This document shows positions 1 through 9,340 of a stretch of 20,000 nucleotides of DNA, in pieces. The notes under the pieces were generated by a model. It was given only the letters and a program-made list of their open reading frames with translations. It made no database searches and was not told the origin of the DNA. The stretch comes from an uncultured virus (IMG/VR IMGVR_UViG_3300032288_004324) (lineage: Duplodnaviria; Heunggongvirae; Uroviricota; Caudoviricetes): IMG/VR virus record IMGVR_UViG_3300032288_004324; one strand, written 5' to 3'. A program made the translations under genes and the position numbers. Positions within the stretch are counted from its first letter, which is position 1. The number at the start of each line of letters is the position of its first letter.

Positions 1-2
1 AT

Positions 3-101
3 GGTGATACTGGTTTTAATATGGTTAAAAATAACTATAGAAGATTTATATGGACTTGGAATCAATACCTAGATAAAAAGCCAAAATTTCAAAAAACATA
101 G
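3..101 (+). CDS. 3' end of a gene truncated by the window edge (...GDTGFNMVKNNYRRFIWTWNQYLDKKPKFQKT*)
   Basis: Frame 3 is open from base 3 to TAG at 99-101, 4 nt before the next ATG (106). The C-terminus resembles those of the next two ORFs. Confidence 0.55.
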   Translation, partial: GDTGFNMVKNNYRRFIWTWNQYLDKKPKFQKT

Positions 102-105
102 AATT

Positions 106-441
106 ATGCCATCGGTATCTAGAACACAACAAAGATTAATGGGGCAAGCATATGGTGTTAGGAAATGGATGGACACCAATGGAAAGGATGGATTAAATCC
201 TAAGAAAATAGATTCAGCTTATAGAGAAACTATAGTTGATCTTGCAAATAATATGAAAAAGAAATCTCTTAAAGATTTTGCTAAAACTAAACACAATAAT
301 ATACCAGAGGAAATTGAGGAGGGAAAAATACCAACTATAATACCATATCTTAATCCCGAATCAAATTCACCAAAAAAGAGTAAAATTAAAAAAATGCAAA
401 ATCTTTCTGATTACAGAGAGTTTATTAATAAAAAGAAATAA
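106..441 (+). CDS. DUF3008-like small basic protein with C-terminal extension
   Basis: N-terminal MPSVSRTQQRLMG and ...NMKKKSLKDFAKTKHNNIPE resemble the DUF3008 pattern (MPAKSKAQQ...M..K.L.DFA.TK...PE), recognised from memory. Confidence 0.6.
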   Translation: MPSVSRTQQRLMGQAYGVRKWMDTNGKDGLNPKKIDSAYRETIVDLANNMKKKSLKDFAKTKHNNIPEEIEEGKIPTIIPYLNPESNSPKKSKIKKMQNLSDYREFINKKK

Positions 442-450
442 ATTATAAAT

Positions 451-918
451 ATGAGTGAAGATTGCGGATGTGGATCAACCACAGATAATATTAGAGATTA
501 CAATTCACATAAAACTAATAAATATGATTCTGATCCATTAGTTGGTAAAAGAGTATCATTAGTAGATGGTAGAAGTGGAAGAGTTGATGATTCTATTAGA
601 AACAGCGTAGGCGAAGTAATAGGATACGTCATCGAGGGTGAAAGAGGAATGTACAGGGTATTTAAGGATAAAATATCTTCTGAACTCGAAGAAAGCGGAG
701 GTGCTATGGCTTCATTATCTGGAACACCTGGAATGGGAAACGTTGTTCCCCCTGGACCAGGAAGAACTGGATCTGGAGACCAATTTCCTAGTTTAACTGT
801 AGGTACTCCTGCTGCTAAAAAAAAGAAGAAAAAGGTTTCTAAGGAAAATCCTAGCCCGATAAGTAATTCCCTAATGGATTTTAAAACATTCATGAACAAT
901 TCTAAAGCTAACCAATAA
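451..918 (+). CDS. hypothetical phage protein (small beta-rich SH3/KOW-like segment, Gly/Pro-rich linker, poly-Lys)
   Basis: 155-aa ORF packed 9 nt after the previous stop. Contains LVGKRVSLVDGRSGRV, then TPGMGNVVPPGPGRTGSGD and KKKKKK. Confidence 0.75.
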   Translation: MSEDCGCGSTTDNIRDYNSHKTNKYDSDPLVGKRVSLVDGRSGRVDDSIRNSVGEVIGYVIEGERGMYRVFKDKISSELEESGGAMASLSGTPGMGNVVPPGPGRTGSGDQFPSLTVGTPAAKKKKKKVSKENPSPISNSLMDFKTFMNNSKANQ

Positions 919-948
919 ATTTATTATTAAATGTCTTAGTTTAGCATA

Positions 949-1335
949 ATGCAAAAAATTAAGATAATACAAGAGGAATATTCTAATGATCCATGGAAAG
1001 TACTAGTATGTTGTATATTACTCAACCAAACTAGTAACAAACAGGTAAGACCCTTAATAGAAAGTTTTTTTAATAGATGGCCAAATTCTCAATCATTATT
1101 GGATGAGGAGATTTTGCCCATTTCTGATTTTATAAAGTCAACAGGATTTCAAAATATGAAAGCTAAGAGAATTAAAGAATTCTCAATTGCATGGGAGATG
1201 GGGATAAGGGATCCTTTTAAATTTCCTGGTGTTGGTGATTATGGTAGGGAAGCTTGGAGAATCTTTGTTGATAACGACAAATCATTTATTCCGAAAGACA
1301 AGAAGCTTAAAATGTATTTAGAATCGGTTCATTAA
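949..1335 (+). CDS. MBD4-like HhH-GPD DNA glycosylase (G:T/G:U mismatch type), catalytic domain only
   Basis: IQEE..NDPWKVLVCCILLNQTS, HhH motif FPGVGDYGREAWRIF and PKDKKL with the catalytic Asp match the MBD4 glycosylase domain (DPWKLLIATIFLNRTS...LHGIGKYGNDSYRIF...PEDHKL). Confidence 0.85.
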   Translation: MQKIKIIQEEYSNDPWKVLVCCILLNQTSNKQVRPLIESFFNRWPNSQSLLDEEILPISDFIKSTGFQNMKAKRIKEFSIAWEMGIRDPFKFPGVGDYGREAWRIFVDNDKSFIPKDKKLKMYLESVH

Positions 1336-1341
1336 TATATA
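1334..1341 (+). promoter_or_regulatory. candidate late promoter motif AATATATA
   Basis: 4 nt upstream of ATG 1346. The same motif recurs before six other starts. It overlaps the upstream stop codon. Confidence 0.45.
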
Positions 1342-1345
1342 CTAC

Positions 1346-1930
1346 ATGAATCATTTATTTACTTTTAATCAACTTTTTGAAAAATTACAGATGGTTACTT
1401 CAAACTGGTCAATCATAAGTAACGAGAGTTCTTTTGAAAAGAAGGATGATAACGGATATTTAGTTTTTAGTAAGGAGGGAACTTTTTCTATTATATACAA
1501 AAAGAAGTCCCTACAGGAAGAATCTAGAATAGACTTTTACTCGAGCAAAGAAAATTCGTCGGATAAAAAATCTATATGTGAGTGTAAGATCACTACAACA
1601 TCTGGAATGGATAGAGTAAAAACAGGATTTCCTGATATAACAGAAAAAAATATATGGGAAATAATATCATTATTTTTTGACTATTCTGATATTGAAAAAT
1701 CCGAAAAAAATTCTTACGATATTTTTTTAATGGGATTTTCTAAATCAATAAAGGAAGTTCAGATTAGTGAAGAAAAAGACCAGCTTTCTCCTAGCTTTAT
1801 AATGTTTTGTAAGTATCTAAAAGATGGAGTAAAAAAATCGGAAGACCCTAAAATTCCACAGAAGCATTATAATTTAACGAGTGCAGTTAAAAATTTTATA
1901 GAAAATTTTAAGTCTTCTAAGAAATATTAG
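1346..1930 (+). CDS. hypothetical protein with N-terminal capsid-targeting-like motif
   Basis: 194-aa ORF starting MNHLFTFNQLFE; no recognisable domain. Confidence 0.75.
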   Translation: MNHLFTFNQLFEKLQMVTSNWSIISNESSFEKKDDNGYLVFSKEGTFSIIYKKKSLQEESRIDFYSSKENSSDKKSICECKITTTSGMDRVKTGFPDITEKNIWEIISLFFDYSDIEKSEKNSYDIFLMGFSKSIKEVQISEEKDQLSPSFIMFCKYLKDGVKKSEDPKIPQKHYNLTSAVKNFIENFKSSKKY

Positions 1931-1943
1931 ATTTTTTAATCCA

Positions 1944-2252
1944 TTATTTTGAATCTTCCCTTCTTTTTAGTTGGTTTAAATAATCTGCCCAAACCAATCC
2001 ACCTTCTTTTATTGATGTCTTTTTAGATTTATGCAGTTCTGCCCTCTTGGACATTATATAGGAAGCTATTATAGCATCTTTCAATTCTATTTCTTTTTTA
2101 TCTAGCATTTCTTGAATTGTCCTTACTGATTTTAAAGCCTCGTCTCTATTAGAAAATCTTAAACCCCTAGCATATTTTTTTTCTTTGCTAAAAGGATTTA
2201 TATCATTCAGATAAATCTGCTCGAATAATTTGAAGGTTAGAATTTTTTTCAC
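1944..2252 (-). CDS. hypothetical protein, the only credible minus-strand gene (GTG start), with N-terminal capsid-targeting-like motif
   Basis: Fills the gap between two + strand genes with no competing ORF. Starts MKKILTFKLFEQ and has AATATATA 4 nt upstream on the minus strand. Confidence 0.8.
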   Translation of the reverse strand: MKKILTFKLFEQIYLNDINPFSKEKKYARGLRFSNRDEALKSVRTIQEMLDKKEIELKDAIIASYIMSKRAELHKSKKTSIKEGGLVWADYLNQLKRREDSK

Positions 2253-2256
2253 CTAA

Positions 2257-2264
2257 TATATATT
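2257..2264 (-). promoter_or_regulatory. candidate late promoter motif AATATATA (minus strand)
   Basis: The reverse complement reads GGAATATATATTAG-GTG directly into the 2252 start. Confidence 0.5.
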
Positions 2265-2271
2265 CCTTTTT

Positions 2272-2299
2272 GAAACCTCTTTCGTTAACAGCTATAAAA
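2272..2299 (+). promoter_or_regulatory. candidate early/middle promoter GAAAC-N18-TAAAA
   Basis: GAAAC 2272-2276 and TAAAA 2295-2299, 5 nt before the polymerase ATG. The same architecture occurs before nrdA and both topo II genes. Confidence 0.55.
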
Positions 2300-2304
2300 T
2301 AGAT

Positions 2305-3711
2305 ATGATAATAGATATAGAGAACACTGGAAATTCTTTATCGGTTTCTCATTATACGGAAGAAGGGGATGTTAATTTATTAAAAATCCCAGTACCTAAA
2401 CATTTACAATTTGTTTGGCAAAAGACTTCCGAGAATGATAAAAACAAAGATAAGGATTGGAGATCATGGGATAATCTTCCAATTAAAAAGGTACCTTCTA
2501 GTAAATTTGATAAGTATAGAGTAGTGGAAATATTAGAGGCTATAGATCCTAATGTAACTAAACCACTTTGGGATTATCAGACCCCTAAAAAATACTTTGT
2601 TGATATTGAGGTAGAAATAACAGATAACAGGGCAGATTCATTAGATACTGAGAATTCTAAAAACCGTGTCCTCTCCATAGGTATGGCTTCATCGCAAGGT
2701 AAAGTTTTAGTTATAGGATTAGAAGATATTCCACCTGATAGGATACTTAAAATTGAAAAAAGAATAAAAGATCATTTTAAGGATCTTCCTGGGGAATGGA
2801 CATTTAACTATAGAAAATTCGATAGCGAATTCGATATGTTATATACATTTCTCTCTAAGCTTGTCCCAAAAATGCCATTAATTACTGGATGGAACTGGTT
2901 TGGATATGACTGGCCTTATCTTATAAATAGAGCAAAAAGATTGGGTATAGATCCTAAAATAGCTTCACCTAGCGGAATTCTTTTAGGTATGAATCAAATA
3001 CCTATGCACGTTCTTATGGTGGATTACCTTGATATTTACAAAAAGTGGGATAGAGTAATAAAAATAAGAGAATCTAATTCTTTGGATTATGTAGCAAATC
3101 AAGCAATAGGAATAAAGAAGATATCTTACAACGGAACTCTAAAAGATCTATATGAATCTGATTTTGAAACATTTATTTTCTATAACGCAGTTGACTGTAT
3201 TTTAGTTCATTATATAGATAAAAGACTGGATACTCTTTCAACTTTTTTTAAAATTGCAGAAGTAAGTAGAGTAGAAATTAATAGAGCTCTTTCTCCGGTA
3301 TGGACAACTGAAGTACTGATGCTTCGTAAGTTTTTGGAAAGAAAGAAAATTATTGTAAATGAAAGGAAGGGAGAATCTCACGTAAAATTTGAAGGTGCTT
3401 ATGTTAAGAAACCGGAAAAAGGCCTATATGAATGGATAGCCTGTTTTGACTTTGCTTCACTGTATCCTAATACTATGATGCAATGGGGAATTTCACCAGA
3501 AGCTTATTTAGGAAAGAATTTAAAAGAAATTCCAGAGGGTGCTATAAAAACTTCATCGGGTGCTGTATTTTATAGTAAGGACGGACAAGAACCTATACTT
3601 AGGGAAATATTAAAGGGGCTTTATTCTCAAAGAAAAGCTACAAAGAAGAAATATTTTGAGTGTGAGAAAGAAATAGAAAAAATTAAAAAAGCAATAAAAG
3701 AAAAATCATAA
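2305..3711 (+). CDS. family B DNA polymerase, N-terminal subunit of a split enzyme (3'-5' exonuclease, motif A, first fingers helix)
   Basis: ExoI FVDIEV, ExoII TGWNWFGYDWPYL, ExoIII YNAVDC, FEGAYV and motif A FDFASLYPN are present. The protein ends at TAA after a helical tail; motifs B (KxxxNSxYG) and C (DTDS) are absent. Confidence 0.9.
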   Translation: MIIDIENTGNSLSVSHYTEEGDVNLLKIPVPKHLQFVWQKTSENDKNKDKDWRSWDNLPIKKVPSSKFDKYRVVEILEAIDPNVTKPLWDYQTPKKYFVDIEVEITDNRADSLDTENSKNRVLSIGMASSQGKVLVIGLEDIPPDRILKIEKRIKDHFKDLPGEWTFNYRKFDSEFDMLYTFLSKLVPKMPLITGWNWFGYDWPYLINRAKRLGIDPKIASPSGILLGMNQIPMHVLMVDYLDIYKKWDRVIKIRESNSLDYVANQAIGIKKISYNGTLKDLYESDFETFIFYNAVDCILVHYIDKRLDTLSTFFKIAEVSRVEINRALSPVWTTEVLMLRKFLERKKIIVNERKGESHVKFEGAYVKKPEKGLYEWIACFDFASLYPNTMMQWGISPEAYLGKNLKEIPEGAIKTSSGAVFYSKDGQEPILREILKGLYSQRKATKKKYFECEKEIEKIKKAIKEKS

Positions 3712-3714
3712 ATT

Positions 3715-4179
3715 ATGGCAAATACAGATAACAAATGTTCAGATCTTCCGATAGAGGATTTTTACACAGGGTCGGAAGACACTTTAGGACTAATTTACAA
3801 CAAGCAGAAAGAACTACAGGAAAGATATGGGTTCGATTTTAAAGATTGGAATATTAAACAAATTGCAGATTTCTGGATGGTAAACAAGCATGCACTCGGT
3901 GATGAGCTAAACGAAATGTTTGATGCACTGGGAGGAATTAATGACGGAATAGGATCTGCTGGGTGGAAATATTGGAAGGGAGATAATAAAAAAACTGTAG
4001 ATATGAAGATATCGGATCTTAGTGAATCTGACAAGAAAGAACTTTTTTATGAATGGATTGACGGTCTTCATTTTTACATGAACTTTGCAATTTCTATAGG
4101 AATGACCAGTAAGGATATTGTTAATCTTTATATGGCAAAAAATTCCGAAAATCATGACCGACAAGAGAGAGGATACTAA
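3715..4179 (+). CDS. T4 gp56-like dCTPase/dUTPase (all-alpha dimeric NTP pyrophosphatase)
   Basis: DELNEMFDALG, GWKYWK, ELFYEWIDGLHF and C-terminal LYMAKNSENHDRQERGY parallel T4 gp56 (DEFRELL..LG, WKKWK, FELVDIFHF, KN..N..RQ..GY). Confidence 0.85.
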   Translation: MANTDNKCSDLPIEDFYTGSEDTLGLIYNKQKELQERYGFDFKDWNIKQIADFWMVNKHALGDELNEMFDALGGINDGIGSAGWKYWKGDNKKTVDMKISDLSESDKKELFYEWIDGLHFYMNFAISIGMTSKDIVNLYMAKNSENHDRQERGY

Positions 4180-4185
4180 TATATA
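4178..4185 (+). promoter_or_regulatory. candidate promoter motif AATATATA upstream of nrdB
   Basis: 18 nt before ATG 4204. It overlaps the previous TAA, so it may be chance. Confidence 0.3.
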
Positions 4186-4203
4186 CATAACATAAAAAGA
4201 GAC

Positions 4204-5184
4204 ATGGAAAAATTATTAACACCAAACCCTAAAAGATTTTCATTATTCCCTGTACAACACCACGACATGTGGACGATGTATAAAACAGCCGAAGCATCAT
4301 TCTGGACAGCGGAAGAAATAGATCTAGCACAAGATATAAGTCACTGGAGGGACAAATTAAATGACAACGAAAGATATTTCATTAAACATGTAATCGCTTT
4401 CTTTAATAACTCTGATGGTATAGTTAACGAGAATCTAGCAGCCAATTTTTTTAATCAAGTTCAATATCCAGAAGCTAGATGTTTTTACGGATTTCAACTA
4501 GCCATCGAAAATATACACGGGGAAACATATTCTCTCCTTATAGATTCTTATATAAGCGACCAAGAGGAGAAGGAACATTTATTTAATGCAATAGATACTG
4601 TTCCTTCTGTTAAGAGAAAAGCAGATTGGGCAATGAAATGGATAGAGAAGGGTTCTTTTATAGAGACACTAATTGCTTTTGCAGCAGTTGAAGGTATTTT
4701 CTTCTCCGGATCTTTTTGTTCTATTTTCTGGTTAAAGAAAAGAGGATTAATGCCAGGCCTATGTTTTGCTAATGAATTAATATCAAGGGACGAGGGATTA
4801 CATTGTGATTTTGCTTGTTTACTTTACACTAAACACATCGAAAATAAACTATCAGAAGAAACAGTGGTAGAGATAATTTCGGAAGCGGTAGAGATAGAAA
4901 AAGAATTTGTTACATCTTCTTTACCTGTTAGACTTATAGGTATGAACTCTGATCTTATGTGCGAATATATCGAATTTGTAGCTGATAGATTATTAGTTTC
5001 ATTAGGATGCTCTAAGATTTATAATACTAAATGTCCATTTGATTTTATGGTTAATATAGCACTAGAAAATAAGGGAAATTTCTTCGAAGGAAGAGTAGGA
5101 TCTTATCAAAAATCTGGCGTTATGGACAGTACTAAAGATTCTAAAGATTCTGGTAAAACTTTCACCATGGATGCTGACTTTTAA
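4204..5184 (+). CDS. nrdB: class Ia ribonucleotide reductase beta subunit (eukaryote-like/Bacteroidetes NrdBe type)
   Basis: [25 protein letters not shown] (radical Tyr), [20 protein letters not shown] and C-terminal FTMDADF. Confidence 0.97.
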   Translation: MEKLLTPNPKRFSLFPVQHHDMWTMYKTAEASFWTAEEIDLAQDISHWRDKLNDNERYFIKHVIAFFNNSDGIVNENLAANFFNQVQYPEARCFYGFQLAIENIHGETYSLLIDSYISDQEEKEHLFNAIDTVPSVKRKADWAMKWIEKGSFIETLIAFAAVEGIFFSGSFCSIFWLKKRGLMPGLCFANELISRDEGLHCDFACLLYTKHIENKLSEETVVEIISEAVEIEKEFVTSSLPVRLIGMNSDLMCEYIEFVADRLLVSLGCSKIYNTKCPFDFMVNIALENKGNFFEGRVGSYQKSGVMDSTKDSKDSGKTFTMDADF

Positions 5185-5206
5185 ATTGGAGAAGTGTCTT
5201 TATGAT

Positions 5207-5214
5207 GATATATA
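5207..5214 (+). promoter_or_regulatory. candidate late promoter motif GATATATA
   Basis: Intergenic, 21 nt before the GTG of the collagen-like gene. Confidence 0.5.
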
Positions 5215-5229
5215 AAGAGCATATAATAA

Positions 5230-6150
<921 letters not shown>

Positions 6151-6225
6151 TTCATAATATTGATATTCTATGTCTTAAAATTTCTAAAATCTATCGGAAA
6201 TTGAAATTATTAAATCAAAATTCCT

Positions 6226-6253
6226 GAAACTAATTGTCGGTAAAAAAATAAAA
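6226..6253 (+). promoter_or_regulatory. candidate early/middle promoter GAAAC-N18-TAAAA
   Basis: TGAAAC ending at 6230 and TAAAA at 6249-6253, followed by an A-rich leader to the nrdA ATG at 6271. Confidence 0.5.
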
Positions 6254-6270
6254 AAATAAAATAGAAAAAA

Positions 6271-8637
6271 ATGGAAGTAATAAAAAGAGATGGATCCAAG
6301 GAGAGAGTTAAGCTGGATAAGATTCTTAACAGAGTTAAAAAACAATGTTATGGTTTAAATATGGATTATATTGAGCCCATGGAAATTGCTAAGAAAGTTA
6401 TTCACGGTTTATATGATGGAATATCTTCAGCGGAGCTTGACACTTTAGCAGCTGAAACTGCAGCTGCATTAACACCTACTCATCCGGATTATTCAATTCT
6501 TGCTGCTAGAATTTGTGTTACTTCTTTACATAAAACAACGCCTAAAAGTTTTTCGCAGGTTATAGATCAGCTATATAATTATGTTGATCCTAAGACGGGA
6601 TTAAAAGCACCTATGATAGCTGATGATGTTTATGAGATAATCATGAATAACTCTAAGGATATAGATTCTCAAATTATTACTGACAGAGATCTTGATTATG
6701 ATTATTTTGGTTTTAAAACATTGGAGAAGTCATATTTATTGAAAATAGACGGATTACCTGCGGAGAGACCGCAACAAATGTTAATGAGAGTTGCTATAGG
6801 GATACATAAAAACGATCTTTTATCCGCTTATAAAACTTATGATTTAATGAGTCAGGGGTATTTCACTCATGCTACACCGACTCTATTTAATTCTGGGACA
6901 AGAAGACCACAATTATCTTCTTGCTTCTTAGTTTCTATGGATGATGATTCAATCCAGGGTATTTACAAAACATTATCTGATGTAGCTCAGATCTCTAAGA
7001 ATGCAGGGGGAATAGGATTACATATTCATAATGTAAGAGGTACAGGAGCTTATATCAAAGGAACAAATGGTACTTCCAATGGAATTATTCCGATGTTGAA
7101 AGTATTTAATGAAACTGCTAGATACGTTGATCAAGGAGGGGGAAGAAGAAAAGGATCTTTTGCTATATACTTAGAGCCTTGGCATTGTGACGTTGAGGAT
7201 TTCTTAAATCTTAGAAAAAATCATGGGAAGGAAGAAATGAGAGCTAGGGATCTTTTCTTAGCTTTATGGACTCCGGATCTATTTATGGAAAGAGTAAAAG
7301 AAAATGGGGATTGGACTCTATTTTCGCCAGATGAAGCTCCAGGATTAGATGACGTATATGGAGAAGAATTTAATAAACTTTATAATAAATATGAATCGGA
7401 GGGAAGAGGAAGAAAAACAGTAAAAGCTCAAGATCTTTGGTATAAAATTATAGAAGCACAAATAGAAACTGGAACTCCTTATATTCTTTATAAAGATTCT
7501 GCTAATTTAAAATCTAATCAAAAAAATCTAGGAACTATTAAATCTTCCAATCTTTGCACTGAGATTATCGAATATTCAGATTCTAAAGAAACTGCAGTTT
7601 GTAATCTAGCTTCTATAGCACTCCCTAAGTTTATTATACCAGGTAAGAAACCTAAATACGATCTTAATGCTCTTAAAGATATAGCTTATACAGCAACAAT
7701 TAATCTTAACAGAGTGATTGATGTTAACTATTATCCTACTAAAGAAACTAAGACTTCTAATATGAAGCACAGACCGATTGGAATTGGGGTACAAGGTTTA
7801 GCAGATACTTTTGCTATACTAAAAATCCCTTTCGAATCTGATGAAGCAAAAACATTAGACAGGGATATTTTTGAGGCAATCTATTACGGAGCTATGTGTG
7901 CTTCCGTGGATCTTGCAGAAAAAGAGGGAGCATATCAGACATTTAAAGGATCTCCTTTATCGAAAGGATTATTCCAATTTGATTTATGGAACGAATCACC
8001 AGGTACAAGATGGGACTGGGAAGAATTAAGAGAAAGAGTTAAAACTTTTGGAGCTAGGAATTCTTTATTGCTTGCTCCTATGCCTACTGCATCTACTAGT
8101 CAGATTCTAGGAAACAATGAATGTTTTGAACCTTTCACTTCTAACATTTATATTAGAAAAACATTGTCTGGAGAATTTCCAGTAGTTAATAAACATTTAG
8201 TCAAGGATTTGGTTAAAATTGGATTATGGAGCGAAAATCTTAGAGATAAGATTATAATTAATAATGGATCTGTCCAAGACATACCTGAAATTCCTGAAGA
8301 TCTTAAAGCTATTTACAAAACTGCTTGGGAGATGAGTCAGAAAATTATTATAGATCATGCTGCTTCTAGAGCTCCTTTTATATGTCAAAGTCAAAGTATG
8401 AATTTATTTGTTCAGGATGCTAACTTTGCAAAACTTTCTTCCGCTCATTTTTATGGATGGGATAGAGGGTTAAAGACAGGAAGCTATTACATAAGGACTA
8501 AAGCTGCTACCACAGCAATTAAAGGTCTAGGAATAGATATACAGAAAAGTGAACCAATAAAAACTGAGACTGATAACTATAGTGATCTAGTTTGTAGTAT
8601 AGATAACCCGGATGATTGTGAAGCTTGTGGATCATAA
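6271..8637 (+). CDS. nrdA: class Ia ribonucleotide reductase alpha subunit with ATP-cone
   Basis: ATP-cone [19 protein letters not shown], catalytic [27 protein letters not shown] and C-terminal CEACGS. Confidence 0.97.
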   Translation: MEVIKRDGSKERVKLDKILNRVKKQCYGLNMDYIEPMEIAKKVIHGLYDGISSAELDTLAAETAAALTPTHPDYSILAARICVTSLHKTTPKSFSQVIDQLYNYVDPKTGLKAPMIADDVYEIIMNNSKDIDSQIITDRDLDYDYFGFKTLEKSYLLKIDGLPAERPQQMLMRVAIGIHKNDLLSAYKTYDLMSQGYFTHATPTLFNSGTRRPQLSSCFLVSMDDDSIQGIYKTLSDVAQISKNAGGIGLHIHNVRGTGAYIKGTNGTSNGIIPMLKVFNETARYVDQGGGRRKGSFAIYLEPWHCDVEDFLNLRKNHGKEEMRARDLFLALWTPDLFMERVKENGDWTLFSPDEAPGLDDVYGEEFNKLYNKYESEGRGRKTVKAQDLWYKIIEAQIETGTPYILYKDSANLKSNQKNLGTIKSSNLCTEIIEYSDSKETAVCNLASIALPKFIIPGKKPKYDLNALKDIAYTATINLNRVIDVNYYPTKETKTSNMKHRPIGIGVQGLADTFAILKIPFESDEAKTLDRDIFEAIYYGAMCASVDLAEKEGAYQTFKGSPLSKGLFQFDLWNESPGTRWDWEELRERVKTFGARNSLLLAPMPTASTSQILGNNECFEPFTSNIYIRKTLSGEFPVVNKHLVKDLVKIGLWSENLRDKIIINNGSVQDIPEIPEDLKAIYKTAWEMSQKIIIDHAASRAPFICQSQSMNLFVQDANFAKLSSAHFYGWDRGLKTGSYYIRTKAATTAIKGLGIDIQKSEPIKTETDNYSDLVCSIDNPDDCEACGS

Positions 8638-8652
8638 ATATTGATATGGAAA

Positions 8653-9303
8653 ATGAAAAATAATCCTAAAAAAATAAACGATTTCAAAGAATTTGTAAAA
8701 GAATTTGGTGATATTGATGGGAAGAAAAATCTAGAATCTATTCCTTGTATAATTTTAGCTGGACCTCCTGGGTGTGGTAAAGGAACTCAGGCTAAGATAA
8801 TATCTAAAGGTATGAGATGGAAACATATATCAACTGGAGATATTTTAAGGGCATCTGGAGATAAGGATATAAAAAAAATAATGAAAACTGGGGAATTACT
8901 ACCAGATGATCTAGTAGGAAAAGAACTAATATCATATCTTAAAGAATATTCTAAAGACCACGATCCTAAGGGATTTATATTTGATGGATATCCGAGGAAT
9001 CTTTCACAGAAGGATATTTTTGAAGAAATATGTAGGGTTAATAGATTAAAATTGGTTTATGTATTCTTTTTAAATGCTCCAGAATCTTTATTAAGAAAAA
9101 GAATATCTGATAGAGGTAAAACCTCCGGAAGATCCGACGATAAAAGCAGCAAAGTTTTTAATAAAAGGATGAAAGAGTATAATGATCAAACACTACCTAT
9201 GATAGAATCCATGAGGAATGGATCTAATTTTATAGAAATATCATCCAATAGAAGCCTTGAGGAGATATCTTCGTTGATATTTAATAAATTAAACGAAATT
9301 TAA
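8653..9303 (+). CDS. adk: adenylate kinase (short-lid) with ~28-aa N-terminal extension
   Basis: P-loop GPPGCGKGTQA, HISTGDILR, GELLPD, FDGYPRN and short lid RGKTSGRSDD. ATG 8653 is preferred over the in-frame TTG at 8641. Confidence 0.92.
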   Translation: MKNNPKKINDFKEFVKEFGDIDGKKNLESIPCIILAGPPGCGKGTQAKIISKGMRWKHISTGDILRASGDKDIKKIMKTGELLPDDLVGKELISYLKEYSKDHDPKGFIFDGYPRNLSQKDIFEEICRVNRLKLVYVFFLNAPESLLRKRISDRGKTSGRSDDKSSKVFNKRMKEYNDQTLPMIESMRNGSNFIEISSNRSLEEISSLIFNKLNEI

Positions 9304-9340
9304 TCAGTAAACATTTGTATAACTATTAAAATTAAATAAA

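Noticed and set aside
1..72. Frame-1 ORF MVILVLIWLKITIEDLYGLGINT starting at base 1
   Set aside because: The ATG at the window edge is likely coincidental; frame 3, ending 4 nt before the next gene, fits the gene packing better.
444..451. T4 late consensus TATAAATA before ORF 451
   Set aside because: It overlaps the start codon itself and is expected by chance in such AT-rich DNA.
3600..3800. Polymerase truncation as a frameshift, pseudogene, intron or split intein
   Set aside because: The downstream DNA is a complete, unrelated gene starting 3 nt later. No motif B/C appears in nearby ORFs, there is no intein N-terminal block, and the retained motifs are intact.
9304..9340. GAAAC-type promoter before the glycosyltransferase
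   Set aside because: Only TAAAC is present and the spacing to TAAAA (14 nt) does not match the 18-19 nt seen elsewhere.
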